Below are positions 39,059-51,187 of a stretch of 64,000 nucleotides of DNA, one piece after another. Within the stretch, counting starts at the first letter, position 1, and every line of letters begins with the position of its first letter. The notes under the pieces are model-generated. The model did not search any database, was not told where the DNA came from, and worked only from the letters and a program-made list of their open reading frames with translations. This stretch comes from Callorhinchus milii. Taxonomy: Eukaryota. Made by a program: the position numbers and the translations under genes. The DNA is taken from contig NW_024704743.1 in NCBI RefSeq assembly GCF_018977255.1, forward strand, positions 62,064,001 to 62,128,000. The letters run 5' to 3'.

Positions 39059-40362
39059 CAACAACAACAACAACAAGATTCCATTTATTGAGCGCCTTTC
39101 ACGTCGGGAGGACGTCCCAAGGCGCTGTACAGTTGGGTCAGGACCCGAGCAGGGGGGAAATGGTCAGGGTGAGGGGAGGGAAGGGAGGGAGCGAGGAGGG
39201 AGTAGAGAGTCGAGAGGGGAGCTGAAGGCACGGTCAAAGAGAAAGGTCTTGAGACCGGCCTTGAAGGAGGAAAGGGAGGAGGCGGCGAAGGCACTGAGGG
39301 ATAGAGTTCCAGAGCCTTGGGGCTGAGAGGCTGAAGGCCCGGCTACTGATGGTAGGGCGGTTGGGGCGGGGGATGTGGAGCAGACCGGAGCCAGAGGAAC
39401 GGAGGGTACGGGCAGGTAGGTAGGGGGATAGTAGGTCAGAGAGGTAGGAGGGAGCGAGGCCGTGAATGGCCTTGTAGGTGAGGGTGAGGATCTTGAATTC
39501 GATCCTCTGGGGGATGGGGAGCCAGTGGAGGGGAGCGAGGGTGGGAGTGATGTGGTCGCGAAGCCTGGTGCAGGACAGTACACGAGCTGCAGAGTTCTGA
39601 ATGACCTGCAGCTTGTGGAGGGAGGTGCCGGAAAGGCCGGCGAGGAGAGGGTTCCCATAGTCCAGCCTTGAGGTGACAAAGGCGTGGACCAGAGTTTCAG
39701 CAGCGTGAGGGGTGAGGTAGTGCCGTAGTCTGGCGACATTCCGGAGGTGATGGAAGGCGGTGCCAGTTGTGGTGCGGATATGAGGGAGAAAGGACAGCTC
39801 AGGGTCGAACAGAACGCCGAGGTTCCTGACTGGCTTTGAGAGGTGGAGAGTGCAGCCTTGGACGCTGATGGTGTCGGCGCCTGAGGTGCGGAGGCGCTGA
39901 CGCGAGCCAATCAGGAGGGCCTCAGTTTTGCGCACGTTGAGCTGGAGAAAGTTATCTCTCGTCCAGGACTCGATGTCGGACAGGCAGCTGTCAGGACATC
40001 GGTGGTCGTGGAGTTGAGGGTAGAGGAGGAAAGGTAGAGTTGGGTGTCATGTGGAAGTTAACCCCATGTCTGCGGATGATGTCACCAAGGGGGAGCATAT
40101 AGAGGGTGAAGAGGAGGGGACCGAGGACAGAGCCTTGAGGGACACCGCACGAGACAGTGCGGGGGCCGGAGGAAAAGCCATTTGTGGAGACAAAGTGAAG
40201 ACGGTGGGAGAGGTACGACCTAAACCACTCAAGGACAGGGCCTTGAAGGTTTAGGTGGGAGGACAAGCGGTGGAGGAGGATAGCATGGTCGACCGTATCG
40301 AATGCTGCCAATAGGTCGAGGAGGACGAGGAGACAGAGGGAGCCCTGGTCACAGATGGTCAG
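39059..40362 (-). mobile_element. Young 5'-truncated L2 LINE
   Basis: LLDLLAAFDTVDH, GVPQGSVLGPLLFTLYM, a 233-aa open C-terminal frame; perfect tail hairpin and (TTG)n. Confidence 0.95.
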
Positions 40363-40745
40363 CACTCTTACCGAGAGAGAAGGTTTTGAGTTCAAGCCCA
40401 CATCAGAACTTTGAACTCAATCTCGGCTGATACATACATGCAGCGTTGGGGGGTTATATCATTGGAGATGTTAAATCAAGGTCTTGCCTTCTGGTTAAGG
40501 TAGACGTTAAAGATCCCGTTAGGACTATTCAAAAAGTAAAGAGAGCTGCTCCTGGTGTCCTGGCCAGCAATTCTTCATCTAAAATTGCCACTTCATGGCT
40601 GTCTGGAATATTGATGTGCACAAATTGTGCCATGTTCACCTACAAAATCTACAATACGCTTTAATACTGTCACTGAAATTTACAGTAAATGCCATGAAGC
40701 GCTTTGAGATGTCTTCTTAGCAGTTATTTCAAATGCAACCATTAT
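40363..40745 (+). mobile_element. DeuSINE abutting the L2 5' junction
   Basis: AGCACTCTTACC...GAGTTCAAGCCC head; Deu core GGTAGACGTTAAAGATCCC...CCTGGTGTCCTGGCCA; tail. Confidence 0.7.
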
Positions 40746-41287
40746 TTTTATTAAAAAATCATGTCCATCTCACAGTCCGCCCTCCTCGCCCCCTCCCTTG
40801 CTTCCTTCAAGATCTGTCTCAAAACCTCCCCTTCGACTGTGCCTCCGACCTCTACCCTTTTTGCCCTCGACTCCTGCTGATCCCAACCCCAGCTCAGGTC
40901 CAGCTTGACCCACAACTCTCTGATCAAGAGTGAAAGTACTGTGGCAGATTGTGAGTGAAGGAAGAGATAATTAAGCTGGAAGGTTGGGCAAAAAGGTGGC
41001 AGTTGCAGGTCAATGCTGAAAATGTGGAGTAATACATTTTGGTAGTAAGAATTAGGAAAGGAGAACATCGTAAAGATTAAATGATAAGATCTTAAATGGA
41101 GTAGAGGAGGCTTGTAAGCAAATATACAGGTCATTAAAGGGGACAACAAAGGTTTAAAAGGCCAATGGAATCGTTAGTTTTCTGTGGAACAGAAAGATAT
41201 CATTATTGCCACATTGTCCTACAAAATACACAGTTACTTTACATGTAGACCCTGTGAAGCGCTTTGAAACAATTCTTCTGAATTGAA

Positions 41288-41688
41288 ATAAATAATAAAT
41301 AATAATAAACCTTACATTTGATATAGTGCTTTACATGTCTTCTAGACATCTCAAAGCGCTTCACAGAAAAATAATAATAATAATCCTTGCATTTGATATA
41401 GCGCTTTTCACGTCGGGAGGACGTCCCAAAGCGCTTCATAGAATATACTGTAAAGTGAATTGACTGTATATTTGTGGACGAAACGCAGCAGCCAATTGCG
41501 TACAGCAGTGTCCCACAAACAGTCGTGGATTGAGTGACCAAATTATTATTTTTTTTAAGTTTTTCGTGAGGGATTATTATCAGGCCTGTGAAGTAAGGAA
41601 GCTTGCCCAAGGTTTCGCCCTGCCAGGAATCAAACCCAGGTTTCTCTTTTGCGAGGCGAGTGTTCTAACCACTGAACTACAGGAATCC
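41288..41688 (-). mobile_element. Chimeric SINE with two tandem tails, nested in an older + strand SINE tail
   Basis: Old-type tail at 41288-41367, new-type tail from 41371, head ending at 41688. Confidence 0.8.
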
Positions 41689-42035
41689 TGAAAGGCGCTA
41701 TATCAAATGCAAGGATTACTATCATTTTATATTATTTAATGATCTCAAATTTACCAATTTTTAATTTAAATTTTGTGGCCGCCAGAGGTGAATCTTAAGG
41801 GATTTTTAAGCAGTCTCATGAATTCCCGACTCAAAGACCAGTGGGAATACAATAGTTTATTTCTCCTGTTTCTGTTTATCAAAATACTTTGTAATTTTGA
41901 ACACCTCTATCAGATCTCCTCTCAACCTTTTCTATTCCATTTAAAACAATCCCAGTTTCTCTCGTCTCTCCTCATAAAGTCCCTCAAAAAGTTATTTTTT
42001 CTGTTGAGCTGTGAAGATTACAGGCAATCTAATAG

Positions 42036-42391
42036 AGAATAATAAATTTTGCATTTGATGTGGTATCTTATCATGTCTTCAAAACATCTCAAAACGCTTC
42101 ACAGAATATACTATAAAGTAAATTACTGTATATTTTGTGGGCAAAAAGGGGCTGACAATTGTGCCCAACAGTCGTGGATTGAGTGACCAAATTATTATTA
42201 TTTTCTAATTATTTTGAAGGGATTATTACCCCCAGAAAAGCGATCCGCCAATTGATTAATAACCAAGTTCCTACTTACTCCTAGGTGAACAGAGACGTGT
42301 GGAGTAAGAAAACTTGCCCAACGTTTCGTTCTTCCGGTAATCGAACCCAGGTCCTCTCGCTTGCAAGGCAAGTGCTCTAATCACTGAGCTA
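42036..42391 (-). mobile_element. tRNA-Ala-headed chimeric SINE, long form
   Basis: Same architecture as the 22381 and 31546 copies. Confidence 0.85.
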
Positions 42392-43454
42392 CAAAATTTT
42401 GAAGATAAACAGATAAATAGTAATAGATTATTTACACGGTCAAAGGTGAGTGAGTAGTAAGAGCAACAACAACAACTTGTATTTATATAGGCGACATTCA
42501 CGCAGGATAGTATCTTGGAGCGCTGCACAGTGGTAAGATTGCATGTTCAGCAATCGAGAAGGAGGAGGTAACCCGAGGTGAGGTTGAAGAGAAAGACGAT
42601 TACAAAAAGGAAAGTTGGAAAAGAAATCTTGACACAGTGGGTGCTTGAAATTCTCTGCCACAAACAATGTAGTTGTTGAGGCAGCGTTCATAAATTATGT
42701 AAATGCTTGACAAGGATGAATATTAAAGATTATGGGGAGCTGAATGGTCTCTTTCGGTGCTGTAACAATCTACAATTCTCTGAATTCATTGAGGAAGCAG
42801 AGTCCCAACTTTTACCCCTTTGGAATACTACAGCAGCATTTTACAATGCAGTAAAACCCTGGCTTACTTCCGCAGCCACTCCGGGTATTCTGTATTCATA
42901 CCTAGCTGAGCCCCGGCCTGATACAGAAAAAAAATTTCTGCGGCCCGTGCGTGTATCGACCACCACTGCATGGTACTATGCCTCCCTGGTGTTGCTGGCC
43001 TTCAGCGACCACGGATATCGAATTTGATTCAGTTTGAATACTGAGAGCAGAAGGTAGCTTATTTGTTATCTTCTGCTGGCTGGATTCAAACAATTACAAT
43101 GCGAGATTAGCATTTACTGGTATTTTTGGCTCTGAAAAAGCCGGCATCGAAAAAAAGGTGGTAAATGCCAGTGACAGCATTACAATTACACTTAGCTAGA
43201 AATTCCGGCTCACCAGACTGGATCTACCCCATTGGTCTGGCCAGCCGGTGTTTTTGTGTATATTGTATTTTGGGCTCCTAACATTCACAATAATAATAAT
43301 CCTTGCATTTGATACAGGGCCTTGTCACCAAGCACATATGTTTTGTTCACAAAATATACTGACAATTCATTTTTCAGTATATTCTGTAAGCTCTTTGAGA
43401 CGTCTCGAAGACGTGGTAAGCCGCTATATCAAATACAATGATTATTATTATCAC

Positions 43455-43850
43455 AAATGGTGTAAAGGCACTTCACAGGATTTACTGTAAAGTGTAGTGA
43501 TTGTGTATTTGTAGGTGAACATGGCAGCCAATTTGCACACAGCATTGTTCCGTGAACAGCCATTCAGTGAATGCCTAATTTTATCTGGGAGTTCGTTACC
43601 TAGGACACGGGGAGAAAGTTTGTTTTCTTTTCAAATATTGCCATGATATCCTTAATGTTCACCTGAATGGAGAGATAGGAATTCAGTTTAAGGTCGCACA
43701 TGAAGGACAGCACCTCTGACAAAGAAGCACTCTCCCAGCATTGCATTGAAGTGTCAGCCTGTACTGTGAGCTCAAAGTCCTAGCTTGCGGCTTGAACCCA
43801 CAATCTTGTGACTCAGAGGCGAGAGAGCTACCAAATTAGCCAAGCTGACT
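43455..43850 (-). mobile_element. DeuSINE (SacSINE1-like), near full length
   Basis: Reverse strand has head GTCAGCTTGGCTAATTTGGTAGC...GGGTTCAAGCC, Deu core and 3' block. Confidence 0.8.
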
Positions 43851-46800
43851 CATGTGTCAATTTAAGTGGTTACGTCGACAATCACTTACAAACAGTTATC
43901 ATTGTTGATTTGGTGATATTTTTGCACATGTCATCACAGGCAGAATATGGATAAAGATTGCAACTTGCCTTACAGAATTGTTCACTGACAAGGAAATGCC
44001 TCTTTGAACATTTTTTTAAAAATTGCTATTGACGATTTAAACAAAGGCAGTACAAGTTAATGGTCCTAATAGAATTATATTTGACATTTGTCTCTTCACA
44101 GTGTGATCACGCAGATCTTTACTTTATTAGTTAAATTATTACTGATGTTCTGTAATTTTGTCGCTAACACAAATGTGCTTGATAATCTGCCCTTCTTTGC
44201 AGAGGAATAACAATGCAATTCCTAACTGTAATTATGTATTCTGGTCTCATACAACACTGGGGAGTGAGAAAGCAAGTCAAATTTATTCTGACCATTTCAG
44301 GTGATTCAAACTGACTGAAATTATATCAAAAGAAAATAGCAACATGTCAATCAAAATGACTGCAACCCAGTTTATTTTCAATAAAAACAGCCTTCATGTG
44401 CGGATGGTCTTACTTGAGGGAACCAGAGTAGAATTATATACATAATTAGCAGTGAAAGACACCGCGGAACACAATATATTAAATAAGATTGAAAATACAA
44501 TTCAATTTCATCTCACTTTATTGAATTACTGAAAGCAGTTAATTCGTTTTCTTTTATACAAGCTGGCCATATATGGCAATACCAAATGAGGAGAAGGGGT
44601 TCTATAATCTGATCTGAGTATATTAATACAATAATATTCTTTTGCTGGAATCGCCCAAACTGATCTGAACTAGCACACTTTGCATTTATATAGAACCTTT
44701 CACATAGGTTGATGTCTTGGTGCACTTCACAGAGATGCTGTTGCGGAGATGGGAAGTGGGATTTCAACCTTCTTTTGTATGAATAGAGCAATAATGATCT
44801 TCTGATCTCATAATGGATTCAAATACTGCAAACTCGGGAAATGAATCAGTTAAAATGGCTGGAAAGTTTCACACAAACCGTTTGGGGCATTCCATCTTTG
44901 GGCTTCTCAAGCCTTGACTCTTGCCAACATGCATCAAAATGTTCTGGAACTTTGTGAGAGGAACGCATTCCTCTGGGGAGAGAGTACACGCTCCATTTCT
45001 GACAAAGGAAATTTCAATGCTCATGTGGAACTCTTAGTTAGTTTAAAGACCCTTGTTTCTGTGAGTATCAGACAAGTGACTAACAAAAAAAACCTCAGGG
45101 ACATGGCAGAGATCAGAATGCCCAGTTTTGAATCATGAGTGTTGTCATCAAGTTCTGTTGAAAATGGACATGGTCTAAGACTGAGATGATCTTGCCCCTA
45201 CAGAAGAATAAGGATGCATGATGCTAAGCGATGTTGAAAAGGGGCAAAATAAGAGATATTAATAGGAATATTAATAGAAATGCAACATTTCTTAGAATGA
45301 TTCCTTAATAAGGATTCCTTGATAAGGAATCCTGCTAAAATTCTTATCAACTTCTGGAACCCAGACAGAATGTCAGATGGAGATAGATAAAATCAAAGGG
45401 ACAGATATAATACATTTGATAAAGCTTATCATGTCATTGAAATGTCTCAAAGCACTTCACAGGATTTGCAAAATTGTACATGTAAGTGAATATTACAACG
45501 AGAGTTAGAGAGATACAAACTCAGAAATAGAATGTCTGAGAGAAGGAAAGCCAGAAGGCGAAAGAGAAACTAAATAACTACATCCTTTAATCATCTACCC
45601 TTTCATCAGACGGTAGGTTAACACAATCATATTGCTAATTGTGGCTGCTATAATTGTCTCAACAAATGGATAGCTTTTACTAAATTGCAGCATGGAAATA
45701 AAGTGGATATCCTTCATGTAGCTTAAAATTAACAATAACTAAACTGGATCTTATTTCTATCATAGCATTTAGAATGCTTGTTTCCAGCAATGAGTTCCAA
45801 GTTTTCACTCCCTCTGCAGGAAGTTGTTCCTCCTAAACTCCTTCAACTCCTATCTTACATCAATGCCCTCTAGTTTTGGACTCAAAAGTGGAAACAATCT
45901 ATCAACAGCCAGCTTGCCAAATCCTTTCATAATCTTAAACACCTCTACCAGGTCCCCTCTCAATTGTCTTCACACTAGAGAGAAAAGCTTCAAAACTGTC
46001 CTATTGCTCTCAATAGCTGATTCCACCCATTTCTGGTAACATCCTTGTAAACACATGTTGCATTTACCCACAGAAACACATATTTTTTGTATGGAAGAGT
46101 AAAACATTATTGCAGTCCTCAAAGGGTTAAACCCCACCTGAAATCAATTGTCAGTGAAAGTAAAGACATTTTGTTTTGTCTTTACACAAGATGAGAAATA
46201 CTGCCAGGTTTTGTTACTTCAGTTATTCATCAGTCCTTCATTAGAGCAATCTCTGATATACCATCAACTCTTTCACAACACACATTGCCTTTCGATTCAT
46301 CACTTGGTTGGAAACAATATAAAATACACTCTGTTACCAAGCCCATCCATTCTATATAACATAATTTTGGTATAGCTCCCAAAGACATTTGTATAAAGAC
46401 AAATTACTCTAATAGTTTTTTTTTGTCTAAGTTGCCCCTATTATGTCTTAAATCATCCTAGGATTGGTCTTGTTAAAATCATGGGGCCGCCACAGAACAA
46501 ATTAGAAAAAAAAGTCACAAATCTGTAATGGATCCAATTTACATGCAAAGTGTAATTTCCAATGGAATTGAGTTGTCTGTGAAGGGCATTGTCACTCAGC
46601 TTGAATTACCCAACCTGGACTGCATAGTGTAACGTATTGGAGCACTCACCTGTTTACAGACCTGGCAGACATGAAATTATTCTTGAAGGGAATTGCCATG
46701 AAGAGCAGTTGACGGGAGATAAATATTTGCTCCACCACTGCTGGCTGCACTCACTACGTATTTAACAGACAAAATGATGGGGAGGGGAGAAAAGAGATGT

Positions 46801-48454
46801 AAGGGATTCTGAACATATGTGAAATGAGGAAATTCTGGGATAAGGTGAGTAAACAGTGAGTATGAGGGTAAGAGGGTTAAAGGAATAAATGACACAATAG
46901 AATTCAAATACATTGAGAGGTGAGAAGTACATGGGTTTGGAGAAGATTCATTCAAGATGTTATTTTTAGAACTCCTATATTTTTAAGTTTACTTTATCAG
47001 AGTTTTATGCTGCTTTGTATTGGATGTTCGCCTACAAATACACAATCATTTCACAGTAAAAATCCTGCGAAATTGAGATATCCTCCCACGTGAATGGTGC
47101 TGTGTCAATCCAAGGATTATCATTTATTATTATTATTGGTGGAGCCAATGCATATTTTCCTTGCCATTTCAAGATCATAAATTAATATTGTGAATCCATT
47201 GGTATTGCTGTATATATTTTAGATGCCTTACTCGCTTTAAAGTAAAATGCAGTTTATATCAAAGGACATTAAGGAATATCCAATGAAGTACAGGTTCTCA
47301 AGATCCAGGCCTATGTTACAATTCAAACCATAATGTTTCACAACCATTATTCCTGGTTTTGATACGTTGGCTGGGATTCACATCCTTCAGTTAAGTATTG
47401 TTTACAACTACCCCTATAAATGCATGATTCATGCTTTCTCTTCAAGGAGCTCATAAACACATGTTCCACGTGGCAAGGGGTGGGAGAATGGGGAGTATGT
47501 TTTTTTTGTTTAATCTATTTGGGATTGTCTTTGTGTATCTTTGGAGCAAGTAAATCTAAGCCATACTGCATTTCGTTGAAATAACTAAATAGACAATCAG
47601 AATGGGAAAAAAATAGATCAGACCATTTGTATTGCTGCGATTTTTGGTGCCATGTTGAATTACTTTGAATCTGATATTATTATTTGGCCTGTATCCAAAA
47701 CTATTCACATAAAAACAATATGGTATTGAAATAGAAATGGTTCCATCAATATATTTGTAAAACATATGTAATTCAGAAATCTACCCTCTCCATTCGCTGC
47801 TTATGTAACTCTTCATAAGCTTCCTTTCTTTAAATGTTGCCCAGCAGTCATGTAAACAGAAATCCTACTGCAATCCATTACTTTGTGCAAGTAAGAGGCT
47901 GAGACAGTCAGAGGTGCTAGTAATAATAAGACTTACATTTAATGGAGCGCCTTTCATGCCAGGAGGACATCTCAAAGTGCTTCACAGGATTTACTCTTAA
48001 GTGTAGTGCCTGTATATTTTGTAGACAAATGAGGCAGCCAATTTGTGCACAACAATGTCTCACAAACAGCAGTGAAGCAAATGAACACTCAGGCATTGGA
48101 TTCTCAGTGGCCAACATGATTCATCCTATAATTCAACAAATTCAACAAAAGGTTATTCAATCTAGTAGATGTGCAATAGATGATCTACAGGGACGACTGA
48201 TAAAGAACCAAAATTCTCACAGTCCCTGTAAATCATCTGTTGCATTAATCACAAATTTTCTTTCCACCTGTAGATGATTCAAGGACAAGAGGGCAGAAAT
48301 TCAAGATTGTGAGTAAAAATAAATAACAATAATCCTTGGATTTGATAGAGCACCTTTCATCTCGGGAGGAATTATCAAAAAGTACTTTACTGGATTTTTA
48401 TTGTAAAGTGTAGTGACTGTGTATTTTGTAGGCAGACAAGGCAAACACTTCAGT

Positions 48455-48860
48455 GAAGCCTGACTCAGTTAGTAGCACTCCCACCTCTGAGACTGAAGGT
48501 TATGCATTGAAGCCCCAATTTCAGAACTTTAAACGCATGCAGTCTAGACTGACATTTCAATACAGTACTGGGGTGAGCTGCATTGTTGGAGTTGCTGTTT
48601 TTCAGATGAGATGCTAATCCCAGGCCCTGCCTGCCTGTTCAGGTGGACGTTAACGATTCCGTGGCACTATTTGAAAAGAGAAGGGAGTTTCTCATGATGT
48701 CCTGACCCACAAATCCCCAAATAAAATTGGTCACTCACTCCTGGCTGTTTGTAGGACACTGCTGTTCACAATGGCAACATCTTACAGTAAATGCTGTGAA
48801 GCACTTTGAGGCATATTTTCAACGTGAAAGGTGCTACACCAAATATAAAGATTATAATTA
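48455..48860 (+). mobile_element. DeuSINE, full length
   Basis: TGACTCAGTTAGTAGCAC head; CAGATGAGATGCTAATCCCAGGCCCTGCCTGCCTGTTCAGGTGGACG core; tail. Confidence 0.8.
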
Positions 48861-48869
48861 GTATACTTT

Positions 48870-49100
48870 TGTGCATTTTGGGGGATTGTTGGCCAGGATG
48901 CCGGGAGAAACTCCATTGCTTTTCGAGCAGTACCATGGAAACTTTAACTTCATCTGAACAGACAGACAGGGCCTGGGATTAACATCTCATCTGAAGAACA
49001 GCAACTCTGACAATGAGGCTCAGAACAGGCCTTGAGGGGCTTAGTTTAAAATCCCATCTGAAAGACAGCACCTCTGATTCAGAGGCAAAAGTGCAACCAA
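48870..49100 (-). mobile_element. DeuSINE fragment
   Basis: Reverse Deu core GGGGATTGTTGGCCAGGA...CATCTGAACAGGACAGACAGGGCC. Confidence 0.65.
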
Positions 49101-49315
49101 CATAAATCAGTTGGACCCCTAAGGGGAGCAAAAGGAGAAGTTCAAAAGAACTTCTTCCCGAAGGCGGCTGTTACTGTTTGGAATGATTTGCCAATGATTG
49201 GCTCATAAAGCAGAGTCAATAGGGACATTTAAAAAGATTTAGCACTTGCAGATAAAGGGTACTGGAAGTTATGGGAAAGAGTAGGTAATTGGATTAGGAT
49301 TGATCAGGGTTACTG

Positions 49316-49368
<53 letters not shown>
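49316..49368 (+). repeat. (TAA)n microsatellite
   Basis: About 17 perfect units. Confidence 0.97.
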
Positions 49369-49369
<1 letters not shown>

Positions 49370-49371
49370 TC

Positions 49372-49800
49372 TCCTACCCCTACCCTCCCTGCCCTCCACC
49401 CCTCCTCATCCTGTTCTATGACAGGGGACGTGGAGCAGACTGGCTGAGTGGAGGGAGTGGGCGGATTGGTAGGGTTTAGGAGTTCGCAGAGGTAGAGTGG
49501 GGCGAGACCATAGAGTGCTTTGTAAGTGAGGACCAGGATCTTAAACTGGATCCTCTGAAGGATAGGGAGCCAATGGAGTCGGGCGAGAATGGGGGAGATG
49601 GGGTCACGGAGTTTGGTGCGGGAGAGGACACGGGCTGCAGAGTTCTGGATTATCTGCAGCCTGTGGAGTGAGGAGTTGGGAAGGCCGACAAGCAGGGAGT
49701 TTGCATAGTTGAGCCTGGAGATGATGAAGGCATGAACAAGAGTATCAGCAGCTTGAGGGGTGAGGTAGTGGCGGAGTCGGGTGATGGTGGGGGAAGGCAG
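49372..49800 (-). mobile_element. L2 fragment of the same subfamily as 12645-14274
   Basis: RLRHYLTPQAADTLVHAFIISRLNYANSLLVGLPNSSLHRLQIIQNSAARVLSRTKL. Confidence 0.92.
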
Positions 49801-51016
49801 AGCGGATCGTGGCTTATATTTTGTGGGTGACAAGGGTCTTGTTGCCGTTGCATCAAAAATGTGACCTTATATTTGCTTATTATTATACGTTACATCAGTA
49901 AGTTTTACCTGGATCATCAGTTCAACAGTTCAACTGATTGCCCAGTTCAACAATCACTTCTGAAAAGCTGAAAGAATAATTTAATATAGCTTTCAATTCC
50001 TTAAGTATTCCGAGTTATAATAACTTCTTACACTACTCATGTCCCTTTCGAAGCTTTTCTCATCTTTTCCCATTTTAGATATCTTGAGGATATATTTTGG
50101 GAATAAAATATTTTAAGAATATTAATGTAAGAAGAAAGTTTTATAATAGTTGTATTAAATACCGCCAAAGATTTCATTTTATAAATTACATTGGATTTGA
50201 AAGCAGCTGGAGATATCAAATTCACATTTAGTTATAAACCCCATTATTGATGTATAATTAAACTTAATCCACTTGATAATAATCAAATGGTTAAAGGTTG
50301 TCTAAACATTTGTTTTATTTCCATTAATCCCTAATCCATCAGAGTATTTCAGAGTAATCTGTTTAACTATAGTTTTCATTCTTGACAGAATGGCAAAAAA
50401 TCTGTCAGTAATACACAAAATGTCATCAAAACAATTGTTTGGATGCATACATATAACTCTTAACTTCTACCAAATTATAATATCAAATACCACAATCTAG
50501 TAGCCAACATTGGAAGAATATTTACATAAAATAAAGCTCAATTACAAATTGTTCAGAAACTCAAAGCATTTTATACATCACTGTAGTGTACCAGCTTTGT
50601 CTAATTATTTGAAGATGGCTTACGACAGACTATGGAAGGAAGGGTAAGTAGTTGCAGTTCAAAGATGAATGAAAGATGAATGAAAGATGAATTAATTTTA
50701 CGCAAATTTACAGTCCAGCTCATTATCAATTTGTTAAGTCAGAGCAAAGGACTTGATGTGAACCTTGATGATTAAACCTGAAGCACTGTTTATTTTAACA
50801 CATGAACTAGATCAAGCCACATTCCAATGCTAGCTCACGCATGGAACATAGCTGGTTTCTTTAAGGATCTAAAAGCGTGCTGGTATGTTGTCAGAATGAT
50901 AGAAAATTAATAGCATCTCATTTGGTCTCATAATTAAAAGATTCTGCAAACCTGTAGTTTAAATAATATTTTTCCAACTTGCTCCAATTTATAACTCCTC
51001 GTAATATATATAAAAT

Positions 51017-51187
51017 AAGAATAATAATCCTTGCACCTTATCACATCTTTGAGATGTCTCAAAGCGCTTTACAGAATATACTGCAAAGTGAATTGACTGT
51101 ATATTTTACGGGCAGAATGCGGCAGCCAATTATGTACAGCAGTGTCCCACAAACAGTCGTGGATTGAGTGACCAAATTATTATTATA
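51017..51187 (-). mobile_element. 3' half of chimeric SINE
   Basis: Tail plus the GTGTCCCACAAACAGTCGTGGATTGAGTGACC block. Confidence 0.75.

Noticed and set aside
39164..39935. Long ORFs of 233-248 aa and other ORFs over 120 aa
   Set aside because: They are L2/CR1 ORF2 fragments or their shadow frames, not host genes
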